Below are positions 10,901-24,400 of a stretch of 64,000 nucleotides of DNA, in pieces; the stretch's first letter is position 1; each line of letters opens with the position of its first letter. The notes below the pieces were generated by a model. It was not told the origin of the DNA. It saw nothing but the letters and a program-made list of their open reading frames with translations, and did no database searches. The stretch is taken from NCBI GenBank assembly GCA_040954595.2, contig CM082592.2:11292017-11356016 (forward strand), in the 5' to 3' direction. The translations under genes and the position numbers were made by a program. This DNA comes from Balanoglossus misakiensis (taxonomy: Eukaryota; Animalia; Hemichordata).

Positions 10901-13160
10901 TGAGGTGAACACTAATCTACACACACAGTTATTCATCAGCACATGTGTGCACTCACACATATATGCATGTACACACACACAAACACACCATGTACACAGA
11001 TAATGCCAGGCGCTGAAGGTGCTGATCAACAAAATATGATATTATGATATTTCAGCTAAAAAGTGAAAGTGGTGGAAGTGAAAAGAAAGATCATGGACAC
11101 GAAAAAGAACACGCGCACGTGAAGAAGGAATCAGGAAGCCACCAATCAGACGACAAGAAAGAAAACAGGGATAAGGACAAAGATAAGGAGCAAGATAAAA
11201 AAGAAGAAAAAGAGAGACATGATAAAAAAGCAGCAAGTGATGCGGATATCATAAAAGAACTTAAGGCTCAACTCAAGTAAGTAAACATAGTTTGTGTACA
11301 ACCAGTGTCATCATTTACAAACTTGCATCCAGAAAACATATTACAGGTAGTAGAATTAAATGGCCAGTTTCCCACATCATACCAATGCAATTCCTTTATT
11401 AACAGGAAATCTCAAGAGAGTCAGAAAGAGATGAAACTACTTTTAGACATGTACAAAGGCTGTGCCAAGGAACAGCGGGATAAAGTTCAACTGATGGCTG
11501 CGGAGAAGAAAGCAAGGGGAGAGGTGGATGACCTGAAACAGAGACTGAGACACATGGAAGAGAAGGAGAGACAAGAAAGTAAAAAATTAGCTGACGAAGA
11601 TGCCATTAGGAAAATTAGAAATTTAGAAGAACATATTCAGGAATTACATAAAAAACTTACAGCAACAAAACAGGTGGGTGTTTCAAAATGTTTAGTTTTA
11701 GGAGTTGCTATTCAACCTGCCACCCCTAATTTCAGTGTAAATGGGTCCGACAGTACCATTTCAAATGCTGTAGCCGCATCCACGTGTGATGTTGAAATGG
11801 GTAAGATAATTAAAAAAATCTTGTGTTTACTGTCTGTAGGAAGAAGAGGCATTATTGTCGGACATGGATGTAACAGGACAGGCATTTGAAGACATGCAGG
11901 AACAGAATGCAAGACTACTGCAACAGCTGAGAGAGAAAGATGATGCCTATTTTAAACTCATGTCAGAGGTAAGTGTTTGGTGTGTAGGAATAAATGGGTA
12001 GAACTTCTGATTTTTGCCCCAAAAATGCTTTGATGTGTTTTGAGTTCACAGTGATGTTCTAACGTTTTGTAGTAGACAATTCAATCCATAATGGCTGTTT
12101 TCTGTTTCAGAGGATAAAATCCAACCAGATTCACAAACTGTTAAGGGAAGAAAAAGATGTTTTAGCTGACCAGGTGGCAACTCTTCAGACTCAAGTTGAA
12201 GCCCAAAACCAGGTGGTGAGGAAACTGGAAGAAAAAGAGAGAATTCTCCAAAATAATGTTACGACAATGGAAAAAGAACTAAGTCTTAGACAGCAGGCCC
12301 TTGAAGTCAACAAAAGAAAGGTGGGTATTGTAAAGTTGTAAAAAGATTATATGGTATCTGTTTGTCATAATTAAGTTATGCAGTGGAGATTCCCTGACCC
12401 AAGTTGCTTTTGTCAGTAAATAGAAAAAAAAAGGTTAAGAACAATTTTGATACTGAGAGTGAATTATTTTTGCAACTTGCAGGCTGTGGATGCCTCCCAG
12501 ACATCGACAGACAGTAAAAAACTTGTAGACCGCTACCAGAATCAAGTGAATACACTTCAGAGCAAAGTGACAGAAAAAGCAAGTGAAGTGGAACAGTATG
12601 GCCACAAGTATAGGAGATGTCAGGTAAGATCAGTTTTTTTACAAATTAAAAAAAATATATCAAGATGTGTAGACTGTGTATATCAATTTTATCTTTGTGA
12701 AATGTTTTGAAAGTCACTTTTATTTCTAATACTTGTTTCTATCTGATCACACAGGAGGAGATAGGAAGTCTTCGACGAAAACTTGAAAGAGCGAGACGAA
12801 TAGAATTAGCAGGAAGTGCCGATGAGATTCTTTTGGAAGAAGTCAAAACATATAAAGTGAGTTTTTCCGCTTTGAGAACCTTGCCGTGCCTGAAAGGATG
12901 TGTTTAGCTGTTCCCTTGCCTCCACATTTTGATGAGAATGTGCAATGTTTTCATGTTTATATTTTGTCTAACTTTTCTTGCAGGCTCAGCAAACCTGCCC
13001 ATGCTGCAACGTCAAGCGGAAAGACACGGTCCTAACCAAATGTTTCCACGTCTTCTGTGCCGAGTGTATAAAAACCCGATATGAAACGAGGCAGAGGAAA
13101 TGCCCAGAGTGCAATGCTGCATTTGGTGCCAATGATTATCATCGCATATATCTGGGATAA
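7971..13160 (+). CDS. BRE1: E3 ubiquitin ligase BRE1 (H2B ubiquitination; RNF20/RNF40 orthologue), about 17 coding exons
   Basis: Motifs [61 protein letters not shown] and a C-terminal C3HC4 [43 protein letters not shown]...YHRIYLG*. GT-AG introns. Confidence 0.96.
10919..11000. repeat. Degenerate (CA)n microsatellite in a BRE1 intron
   Basis: Interrupted acacacac runs. Confidence 0.6.
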
Positions 13161-14474
13161 ATAGAAATATCATGCTCTGCTATGTAAATACTGCTTGAAC
13201 TGGAGGAGGTCATATACCCAACAAATGAACAGTTTGACCTTTCACCTTCCAGAGGACGGCCATCTTGTACTGTCATTTTTCTGTACCTTCTAAAGAATGA
13301 ACTCCCCTAATAGTGAAACTTGTCATTCCTTTGGCGTGTACATTTTCTATTTTTTAAGTTCGTGACATTTTTTGCCAAATTTAAGAATAAAACTAGGAGT
13401 CACTTTCTCAACTGGTATGAAGCACTCTGATGTAATGTAGTTGGTTCACTGAAAAAAGTTCCCTCACTTTTCATAGATCCACAGTTTACATACAGAATTG
13501 ATACTCACTGTCAGTGTATCAAACTGGGCTGCAGAAAAAAAAATGGTTTCTTGAGAAGAGGGAACAATTGTGTAGACAATCTTATTTAATGCAAGGTTTT
13601 TATTGTTTTCGAACATTTTTTTAAGTTTTCAAAGTTCGTTTTCCAGGGTTCCTTTGCAGTAGTTTTGTTGATATTTTCTGCAATACCTTCTTCACCCTGA
13701 TTTCGCGTTTGGTAGGGGAAAATGGGTTATCTTCCTTACTGTCCTCTGTAAAAGGGGAATGGAAAAGGAGTTCATTACAGATAGGTTTCCAAATTCAATT
13801 TCAGCTGTGCCTGCCCTAAATGTTCTTTTCAGTTTCATAACCATTCCGGTATCAAATGAAGCATTCTTGTTTAAGTCTGATGTCTGTTCTGTTGCAACAG
13901 TGGGAGAATTTCGCATTACTGTTTTAGTCTTCCTGACATTGACCACCTCTGAGCATTCACTATGTCATTTGAACTTTTGGATGTGTTCAATTGCATATTC
14001 ATGAAGTGACAGCATTTACAGTTGGTGCACTCGACCGTCACACTTGCGTTTTTCTCGTTTTCAGTTTGATGCAAGGTTCATGTTCCAAAACAGTTGTATA
14101 CTGTATTTGTAGAGCTGTCTCGTACAACAAAACAAAAATAAAAATAAAACAAAAAACTAAAAGTGTCATTGCAAAGCTCCTCCTGAATTTACGGTGCTAT
14201 AAAATGACAAAACACATAGTTTAAAAGTCGACAAAGATGTCTTAAATATTCAGTATGGCAGAGAAATACCAATGGTTGACTTTCATGTTTGTCGACCGTA
14301 AATTTAGTGTAAATACTTTAGTTGTAAAAATGTTGACAAACAGCCATGGCATTATTTTCATGACAGTTTCAAGTCTTGTATGTGATATTGGCTGTTCAAT
14401 TTCAAATTATTTTCACCACTTTCAGCCTGGCATTTTTTAGTTGGAAGATGCATCATTGCACTCCATGATATGGC

Positions 14475-14562
14475 TTAACCCTTTCACCACCATGGTTCAG
14501 TCCAAACTCATTGTTTTATATTGTAAGGTTGGACCTCTAAAAAGGGAACTGGGGGTGAAAGG
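14475..14562. mobile_element. Short piggyBac-type MITE copy, downstream of the BRE1 stop codon
   Basis: TTAACCCTTTCACCACCATGG...GGGGGTGAAAGG, colinear with the 56656-56749 copy. Confidence 0.7.
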
Positions 14563-15403
14563 CACTGATTAGACCCTCTTCACAGGGCAAAACAGTGACT
14601 AAAACTATTTGAGAATTAAAAAGAGTATTCAATACTTTGTATGAAAATATATTTATATAAGAAGTGATGATGGATGTGACTTTGAAAAGGCTAGTGATCA
14701 GAATCTGCAGAAGAGTTCATTGGCGTGAAAAAGGATATTGACCTGTGTGTGGGACTGTAGGATAGTGTACAGTGTTCTCATGAATGTTATTGACAGCACA
14801 AAAGAAATGTAGAAATTGGATTATATACTGTGTGCCAGGTTACAAGTTGTTCTGTGTAAATCTTTGTCTTGTGTCTAAGTTTTTGATTTATCAACCTGAA
14901 TATTTGAACCAGTTTTGCTTTATGAAGGTAGATTTTTTATGCAATAAAAGTTTAAAAGTATATAATTGTACAGTTGCTTTTGTGGAGTTTTATTTTTTGC
15001 ATTTGGCAAAACCATTTTTATTAAATTAATCTTTACAATATTAAAACTTGTTTGCAATTGCTCTGAATCACTACAACTTGAAAATATAAAGTGGAGCTCA
15101 TTTGGAATGAATTTCTTGTATCTTTGACGTAGAATATCGACACGTTTTCTCATGCATAGGTCTTCTTTCGGATAGCATTTCCTTTGTCTTATATAAAAGC
15201 ACTGCAAAGGTGAAGGAACTTTCGTTTCACAATACAGGCGCCCTCTATATTGGAGTGCCTCGTTCTCGCAGCAAAGGTAAAACCAAAATGGCAGCTCCCT
15301 GATAAACCGAATATTACTCATCAGAAAAGAAATCGGATACCTGTCGTCTTAATGTTCGAAAATTATCCACTCATCGAATATTTAAGGTAAAAGACTTGCT
15401 GAA

Positions 15404-18400
15404 ATGGCGACATCGGTAGCTGACAATACACAGTGGCTCTCTGTTACAGAGGAGACCCTTTTCCTGCACGACGGATTGTTACGAGTGACCGACATTGTTG
15501 AACTTCCTCACGATGTCAGCAGCGGTAATCAAAATGCAGAGCTCGAAAATGAAGTCGTGTCGTTTGATTCCAAAAATCCTGCCGAGCTGTCAGACCGTTT
15601 GCTTGCAGTGTGTGGTACGAGAAGCAATGCCCATGCTTATTCCCGGCTACTGGAGTATAGGCAGAACGCTTTGAAGGGGCTGTGGCAAGCCCAGCGGCAG
15701 ATGTCGACTGCAGAGGAGCAGACGGAAAGAGATGCATCTACCCACGAAGAAGCGGTCGCGTTATTGAAGAAGCACGGTTTGTGGCAACAAACAGAGCTGG
15801 CCCCATTCACTTCTAGAGTTAGCCTTTTATTAACGTTCCCACTGTTGAAATCACAGAGCAAACTGGACCCGACACTATGCGGAACAACCGCTGCGTTGCT
15901 TCTGTCTTGCTTGAAGGATTGTCCACCTTTGAGTCTCACCAAAGAACCATCAGATTGCTTGAACGGCCTGGAAAATTTACTGTGTTCATGGCTTGGAGAG
16001 GATGTTGAGGGAGATGTTGTTCCACCGACTTCTGATGTCAAACAACAGGCTAATGCAGCTGCCGCACTTGTTGCATTGGCTTGTGCCAGGTGAGAAAAGA
16101 AATTTACATGTTATTTTGCATACTATTTATAGCATCTGCATCATTTACATGTATCTAGTGTTAATGACCATCAACACCCATTCTTTGCACTCAAAGAGAC
16201 TCACTTTGAGGCACAGATGCACCATCTTTGTCTCAGAATATTGAGGTCATCAACCACTTAATGACCTCAAAGTCAATACATATTTGCATATACTCTAACT
16301 TTTTTTGAAATCCACATTCACTGGTCATTTGCACCCCTAGGCTTTTGCTCATTTGCTGCTGTGTGCCAATGAGCTGCCATTCATGAAAGATATAGCCTGA
16401 TGCAGACTGTATGACTTTTGACCCTTATTTATAAATTCTTAATCATCTGATTGAAATTTCCCAAATACTGGCGAAACCAACATATACTACTGAAGTATGA
16501 CATTCCCCAAGAATTCAATTACGTTATTGACAACCCTGGCACAAAATCAAATGAATTAATTTCACCCTCTCGATACACTTCAAATACTCATTTTAACATT
16601 TATTAATTAAATACTTCATTTGTCATCACCCTGTTACGACTGTAGATGAATTAAAATTATGAACTGGTGGAGTGAAACCTACATAAGAAATCGCTTGTCT
16701 TTCACATTTGCCATTCATGATATATTATTTAACTTCCAAAGTAAATATCAAAGTACACTCATATAATCAAAGCCATTTGTCTTTCACAGAATGTTCAAAC
16801 AGTACAGCTTTTAAAAATGTTTAAAGAAGTTTAATTAATAGTCATCTCTCTGTAACCAGGATCTTTGTACCAGACCATAAATTTTCTCTGGGGTCAAAGG
16901 TCAGATTCAGTTTCCTTGTGACCCCTCTTATACATGTACAATGTAATTGTGGGTCAGTGAGTGTGTCACTGTAGGCTATTTATAGGGAGAACGTGACATG
17001 TAATTGCAATGCGAATCAGTTAAAGTGAAACTTGGTTGATGATTTGTGTGCCTGTGATGGTATTTCATGATTTGGTTAGTCCAGTTACATGTACCAAACA
17101 CCCACAAAGAACAGGTGATTGGTTTGAAAGGAGCGTCAAAAATTAAATAACATTTTTGGCTAGGTTGTGTTGAGTTCAATAAATTAAAAAGGGTGAAATA
17201 AGAGATTGGTAGCTGCTGATAATTTTATCTCTGGGACTTCTTGTCTTCAAGCAGGTGTACCATACTTTGGTCTGTGGATTCTATCTATCTCATGGGACCT
17301 GTAAACTTCAAGACATTTTCACAAACATGTCATATATTTCAATCCGTCTCACTGAGTCTTGCAGAGGTATTGTCCCTTAGGGATGAATTTCAAATGTCCA
17401 TTCCCAAATGATGATAGATGACAAAAGGTCTCCATTCCTCATTGCACATCAATTCATATTTTCCTCCAGACATGACCGTCTTCTAGTCTATCATGGAAAT
17501 TTATCAACTGTTGATGTTATGAAGAATATGTCCCTTTGAATTTTTGTATGTGTTCTGTCCTCAGAGGATCAATGAAGACATTCATTCACACCGTTCACCT
17601 ACTGCAGAAATTGCAGTCATCAATCAAGACACTCCCTGTCAGCGATGTTGTGTATAAACTGTTGCAGCTTGAAGGAGGATCAGGAGTCTCATCTGCACTC
17701 CATGGCAGCAAACATGTGGTGTGTTGGGGGTTTGAAGACATGTTGAGTGCGGCAGACAAAAATTCTGAAGATAAAGACAACAAAGGTTGGTCATTGCATT
17801 TGACAGTGGGCATAGTATAGATTCTTCAGCCTTTCTTTTCTCCTACCGACATCTCATAGTGATACATGCACTTATCAAATCCACCCAACAAAACAAGAAG
17901 ATTGAAATCACCGTTTTAAAGGTTACAAAACTGATTGCTCAAGCTTGAAATATCATTAAAGAAATTAAAGTTTTATTTGTCTTTTGAGAAGAGAAATTTG
18001 AGTGCAGCAATGGAAAAAAAAAATTGTGCTGTGCAATTTACTTACAAGTAAATTAGTAATGCATTCTACTATCAGCATCTGTTGGTAGCATATCTTTTTC
18101 ATTTCTATTGAATATAAAATATGGATTTTTTTTCTATACATGTCCTTGATATGACTGATATCCAAACAATACTGTCTGGGAAATTCCTTCTTTTTTGTCC
18201 TCTGATAGATTAAAATCTCCACGCATCAGTTTGCACTTTGTCCACTTCAGGTCGAGTCGGTAATGACTTATCATTGTCTGACATTGAAAGTTTTCAGATG
18301 ATGAAATAATACCATGTTTGGTCAGAGCTCATATTCAGTCCTGGTTCCATTCGCCTGTGCACGATCAAAGCAAAAAATCCTCCACTTGAATCACCAGTCC

Positions 18401-21400
18401 TTCACATTACATATATATAATTTAATATTGCTGTGTCTGAAATCAGTTTCACATCTGACATGAAATCTATGAAACAACAACTAAATGTGGTGGTATTGTA
18501 TAAGCTTACATATAATCTCCGTGTTTAATCCTATTTATCTCCTAATCTATTCATAAATCCTACTTTTTCCCTTCCAGGCAGATTAGGAATGTCACTTTAT
18601 AACCCACCCTGGTGGAACATCATTTTTGTTCATGTCTGTTTCTGATCAATAGCAATTATTCTGATTGTGTTTCCCGCAGAAAGATTACAGCTGCTACGTA
18701 TCTCCTCTCAGTTATAACGATTCACTTTGTCTACGTCAGTTGCCATGGAAATCAGCCAGTATCCATGACCATTTATTGATTACGAAACTTGCATAATCTC
18801 TGCTCTCCAAAATCCAACATTATCTCCTATTTCTTCATGAACTCAGTCCGTACCCTCTAGGCATTTATGGAAATTCATGCAAGTAAATGATAGACCACAG
18901 GGTATAATATAAGCTGCCATCATTTCAATAAACTTATGTTTCTTCATCGTAATTTTGCAGATATGGAAATTGGACGCAGCATTGCAACTGATGGAAAGTT
19001 TCTCTACACCACAAATTCTTCTGGAAGAGGGATATCGAAAATAGGAACTGGTTTACATGGCACTCTCAGGTAAAATTGCTTGTAGCCTGCAAAGAAATTT
19101 TAGTCTTGTGAGGAATATTTGACTCTAACATTTTAGGTGGTTCTCTGAACCCAAACTTCCTGTGTGATGACATTAAACTCACCCAGAGACATCAAAACAT
19201 CTTCAGTTAGGATCATTTGCAGTGATAACATTATATTTTATTATTTTATGAATCCCAAAGGGGGTATGTATATGCCCGCAACAGTGAAATCGAGATGGGA
19301 TGGGTGGCGTATGGAGATGGCTACTTGATACACAGACCTGCTGAGTATGACATTAGGCCATCACAGTTTGTACATATTATGGATCCTAGCTCTCTGAAGG
19401 TAAGGAATATGAGTTTGCTGACCTGCAGCGTATTATGATAAAATGACAATTGGAATTTGCTTCATGTTGGGGGATAGATTTATTACTCGTCTCGACTGGA
19501 CACATAAACTTTGATGCTTTGTCTTGTCTAGTCTTCAAAGCATGAGATATGCCTTTGTTATTTTGTGTCATGTTGCAAGCATTTCAAGAACAGAATTTTC
19601 CATAAACACTGGAAGTAAATGAAATACATTACAGGGATAGATTTGCAGAAAATGACAATTATATACGCTTGCTAAATTTGGTTTCATCTTCCCCTTTCAG
19701 GTGAAAAATCGTCTGATAATGCCAGATCAATACCTCATCCCAGAGAAGGCAAATTTTGCAACTATACAGCTCTCAAGTGATGGTACATTTTTCTACTGGG
19801 TTTGGGTTCCCACGCCAACCGTAGGAGTCGACAAATCTGCCAACAAAGGTCACAATGTCTATCTGGATGTCTTCAAGTTGGGGGTGAGCACTGATTTGAT
19901 GGATTTGATGAATCTGAATGTAGTTTGTTTTCTGAGTGTATTCTTTGGACTGTTCAACATAATTTTACAATTCTTTTTCATTGTATTCTTTATAGGAAAA
20001 GGAAGGAAAAATGGTTGGGATTCCTGTCAAACCAAAACTGTTGTTGCAACGGAAAGATGAGACAACAAAGAACATAACAGATTCTCTTTTGTCAAGACTA
20101 CGACCGTACAGAGCAAGTACAACAGCAACTTTAGTAGCTTTGACGGGCGGTACTCTGACAACCACCACCACAAAGGAAGACCCAAGTAAGATTTTGTATC
20201 TTTGTTTTCATGTACATTGTACTTTTTTGGAGTGAAAATTGTTCAGTTGTTTAAAATGATAATGCCATGATCGGCATCAAATGGCCTGTCCCGATTAGCC
20301 ACTCACAACACACTGTCATTGTCAAGGTCAGTAACAGATACCGTCTTGTGTCCATGTCACAGGTACAACTAGTTGTGGGATCACGCTGAAAGTCTTGCGG
20401 AAAACACCTGTGTATTGCTGCGGGAATACAGTTGTCATGGTTACATCACCCCCTGGTGGCAACAATAACTCTACAGCGCGGTCACTGTTTGGCAGCAGCT
20501 CTGGACTATCAGGAATGAGAAGTAGGTTGCAAAGATCCCCCTCTCTCCCTCCCCCTCCCCAATAATAAAATAGGATGGTACACTCTGGTGAAGTTATCAT
20601 CCCTTATGCCATTTTCTCTTTGTAATGATTTGACTCTATGTAGAACTATCATGATATGCTAATATTCATATCCTTGTTTCTGTCCAGCCCTGGGTGTCAA
20701 TTTTACATTCACTGTTAGTGACGGTCAATTTAATTCCAAGAGTGAGCTGTCTGACGCACCAACATGTTCTCTGGCAAGAGGGGCAACTGTTCAAGGGTTA
20801 GGTGAGTTATCTTTCATGAATTAGAAGTCTTCTTTAAATGTCATTCTTTGACAGCATAGAGTGTCAATCATTGTTTGAGTCTATGATAGTTTCTTCCATT
20901 GGTTAAAGTAGTCAATCAGTGAGATGTTTTCCTTGTTCTTCCTTTCCAGGTATCTGTTACGACATGTGGAACAACATGTTGTGGACCTGTTCCAGTGAAT
21001 GGATCGATCAATGGTTTAACCCTGGACACCAAGCACCACATCATGTCTGTCAACAGCTGGGAATTCCTCATGTGCAGATGGAAGCTCCGACAGAACCGTC
21101 TTGTGAAATCTCAGAAGTCATCAACCATTTACTGAAACACGTTGGAAGTATGTGTTGCCACCAGATCCACAGTGACATGATGGCCACCCCTCTTGGCAGT
21201 ATTCTGCTGCGGAATCATCCCATAGATCTCACCTACATGCTGAGGATATGCGACATACTCGACAAAGCCATCAAAGAGGAAGACGTCCGAATCGTTCGAT
21301 GTATGCTGGTTGTACTGCAGGTTGGTACAGTGTCAGTGTTTCTAAAGTTCTGCTGCTTGTAATGCTTAGTAATCTGCAATTATTTTCAGCATAAAAATTT

Positions 21401-24400
21401 CTTTCAGTTCTGCCTCCTGTGGTTACTGACAGGAGAGGTGTCACCATGTACACAATTTTCTTTTCTTATCAGGTGATATTTAAATCATATCTATTTAACA
21501 ACGAGAGAGAAGAAGAAAAGAACTTGGTGAAAAGAGTAGGGTAAGTTTAGAATCACCGCATAAAATCAGGTTATTTTTTTACGCAATGAGGGGCTTGGCT
21601 TCAGTTTGTTGTCATCTGGGTATGGTCCGAGATAATACCATCAAACACTGATTTCATCTGTTTCTTTCTTCTCTCAGATCAATAGTTTGGCATTTGTTGA
21701 TTTCAATGAAATCCCTGGGTGTACAGGGCATTGAAGAAGATGCTTGCAGAGTCATTAGGTGAGAATGACAGTTGTGTTTTGGCAAAAGCTAATTGAAATT
21801 ACAATATAGGTCTGATTCCAGTACAGATATGATTTGGTATCTGTGATTAGAATAAAAATGTTGCCAAACCATCAAAAATATTTATCTTAGAAAATTTTTG
21901 TTTTCTCCCAGTGCTGGCTTATCTGTGCTGTACTCAGCAGCCGAAGACCAGAACACTCTTCTACACAAACTGTTGACAGAGGGGGACATGAGCCCTGGAT
22001 TGGCCAGACTTCGTGATATGGTTCTCATCGATATGTCAGAGCAGCTGAAAACCGATGCTGAGAGAGGAGAACTCAACACTATGAGCAAGTAAGTCAGATG
22101 GAATCTTGATATGACTGTGACGGTGTTTTGCTCATTTGTTTCTGAAATAATAACATAATACATCTGTCCAATCCAAGAAATCAAAAGTCACAGGAAACTT
22201 GAATGATTTTATTATTTCACATTTCCTTCCACAGACTGAATGATGACCTGGTTTTGTACATTTTGAAAATCGCTGTCCGGGAATCCTGTCTTCTTCTGAG
22301 GAAGTGTCAAACAGCCAGTGCTGAAGACTTTGAATCTCTAGTTGCTAATGTTCCTGTGAGTATAGCCATGACAGGAAATGTGAACTAAACTGTACATTAC
22401 ATGGGATCTATTCTGATCTTATCATTTATCAGACCATCACTGTGCAATCCAAGTTGCTATTGGGATGCAAAGGTCACAGTTAACATGTACACTTTATATT
22501 GACATCTGATCTGAAAATGTTGATTTGCTCTCTGCCACAGCTATCATCCCCCTGCCTGCGTTACATGATGGCCTTGCAGTCATATTTACTGAGGCAGGCA
22601 GTGTTGTACATCAAACCATGTGAGGACAAGAAAAGTGAAGTTAGCGTCAAGGAAACAGTTCCCTTGGAAACCATCCAAGCTGCTATATTGTCATTGTCTA
22701 AGAAGATTTTCAGTGGCTGTGAGGAGGTAGGCTTTCAGGTCGAATCAATCTAGCTATACATGTACACGTACATGTTTTCTCCCTGTAAAATGATAGTGTT
22801 GATACAACTGCAAAGATCTCGGAATTCAATCAAAATTGAAATCTAGAAGAGTAAGTGATAAGAGGTGTTTGAGGAAACCACTTTGAAACACAAGCACTGA
22901 TGTCTTTCATATTCTCATGAGCATCACTCGTAAAATTTCATACATCAAGACTGGTACATGTATGTTTGGTTATCGGTCAATCAGGTGACATAGTCGTGTT
23001 TTCTGTTGTCACAGGTGCTTGGAGTTTTACTCGAAGTGTGCAATGCTGTTGTCAACAGTAATTTCCCCGACATGGAAGCAAGAGTCACAGGATTTGAACG
23101 ACTTCTCAAGGCCACAGTACTAGGTCATCAACTGCCACTGCTTATAACATCATTGACGCACGTCAATTTACGATCACTAGAAATGGCAGATGTGTTAATG
23201 CCACAGCTGGTCAAGCTGGTGATTCAAACAAGTCAGGTAAGAAAAGATTCTGTGATCTCAACAACAATTGCGTTGCAATCAGAACTGTTGCCAAAGTACC
23301 TGTAAAGTGCAATGTTTTCAAGGAAATAGTTGACCATCGATGAACACTCCCATGACCTTTGGCACAATATATTAAATTCATTTATGTTCTTTGTCTGACA
23401 CATAACATTACCTCATGACTATTTCTTCACTTTTCCATAGGCTGCACTGTTGATGAAGGTTCAGAGCCCAAGTAACAACTTCGATGAGAGTTTGAATGCA
23501 AGCAGTGATGCTGATGTCTTTGAACTTCTGGGAGCGTTGTCATCTGACAGGTATGTACAGCAGAGAAAATAAATGTCAAATAAGACTGTTTTAGACTATC
23601 AAGAATATTACAGAAATATCAGCTTACAATGACAATGTGCTGGATATAATTACAGTAATTTACAAGAACAGGAAGAGACAGGATTTTTGGCCGGATTGAA
23701 GATTCCAGCCCCATGGGCTACTGGGAAGACAGTGGAAACCATCCATCCAGTCAGAGATAACTACAAATTTAGAGAAACTGTACATATACCAGGTGCAAGA
23801 TGTTTATATTTGAGATTTGATGCAAGGTGCTCATCACAGTATGATTATGATAAGGTTAGTGGGTTCTCAAATCAGAGAATTGTTAAAATTTTGTAAATGT
23901 TATGTTCAGCAAACAGGGATACAGACAGTATGAAGGCTGATACAGACTGTTTTGAAGTGGAAAGGGCTGATCTAATGTCATTAATTGTGTTTTATTTCCA
24001 CAGCTTGTAATATATGCAGGTCCAACAACCAGCTCTCGTAAAGTGGCTGAGTATGGTGGTAATACACATGGGTATGGTAGTAGGAGTGTCCTAGGTTCCG
24101 GGTGGCCAAAAGATCTTGTCAAGGTTAGTCATGTTTATTGTTATCAAGTCTGGACTAGAATCCATTTGTTAACGATATCATTGTCATTTACACTCATACA
24201 GCTAATGTCTCTGTAAGGTTTCCATTGTTAATTTAGGACTTGTCTCACATCATAGTGTTCATGTCATCTTGTTTTCAGGTTGAAGGTAACACAGTGACGT
24301 TTGCATTTGAGATGAGGAGTGGCCGAGAGCACAACACACCAGATAAGGCTATGTGGGGATTTGGTTGTACGGTCAGAGCACAGGTAGAAAAAGTACAAAG

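Noticed and set aside
14920-15321. 133-aa minus-strand ORF upstream of HECTD4
   Set aside because: No homology cues or splice structure. It lies across the probable BRE1 3' end and HECTD4 promoter.
16242-16903. TGAGGTCAT/ATGACCTCA inverted pair and a DR1-like GGGTCAAAGGTCA in HECTD4 intron 1
   Set aside because: AGGTCA/TGACCT half-sites are frequent throughout the window, so function cannot be supported from sequence alone.
9381-19230. Intronic GTGATGA box-C-like motifs (9381, 19164) as possible snoRNAs
   Set aside because: No appropriately spaced box D with a terminal stem.
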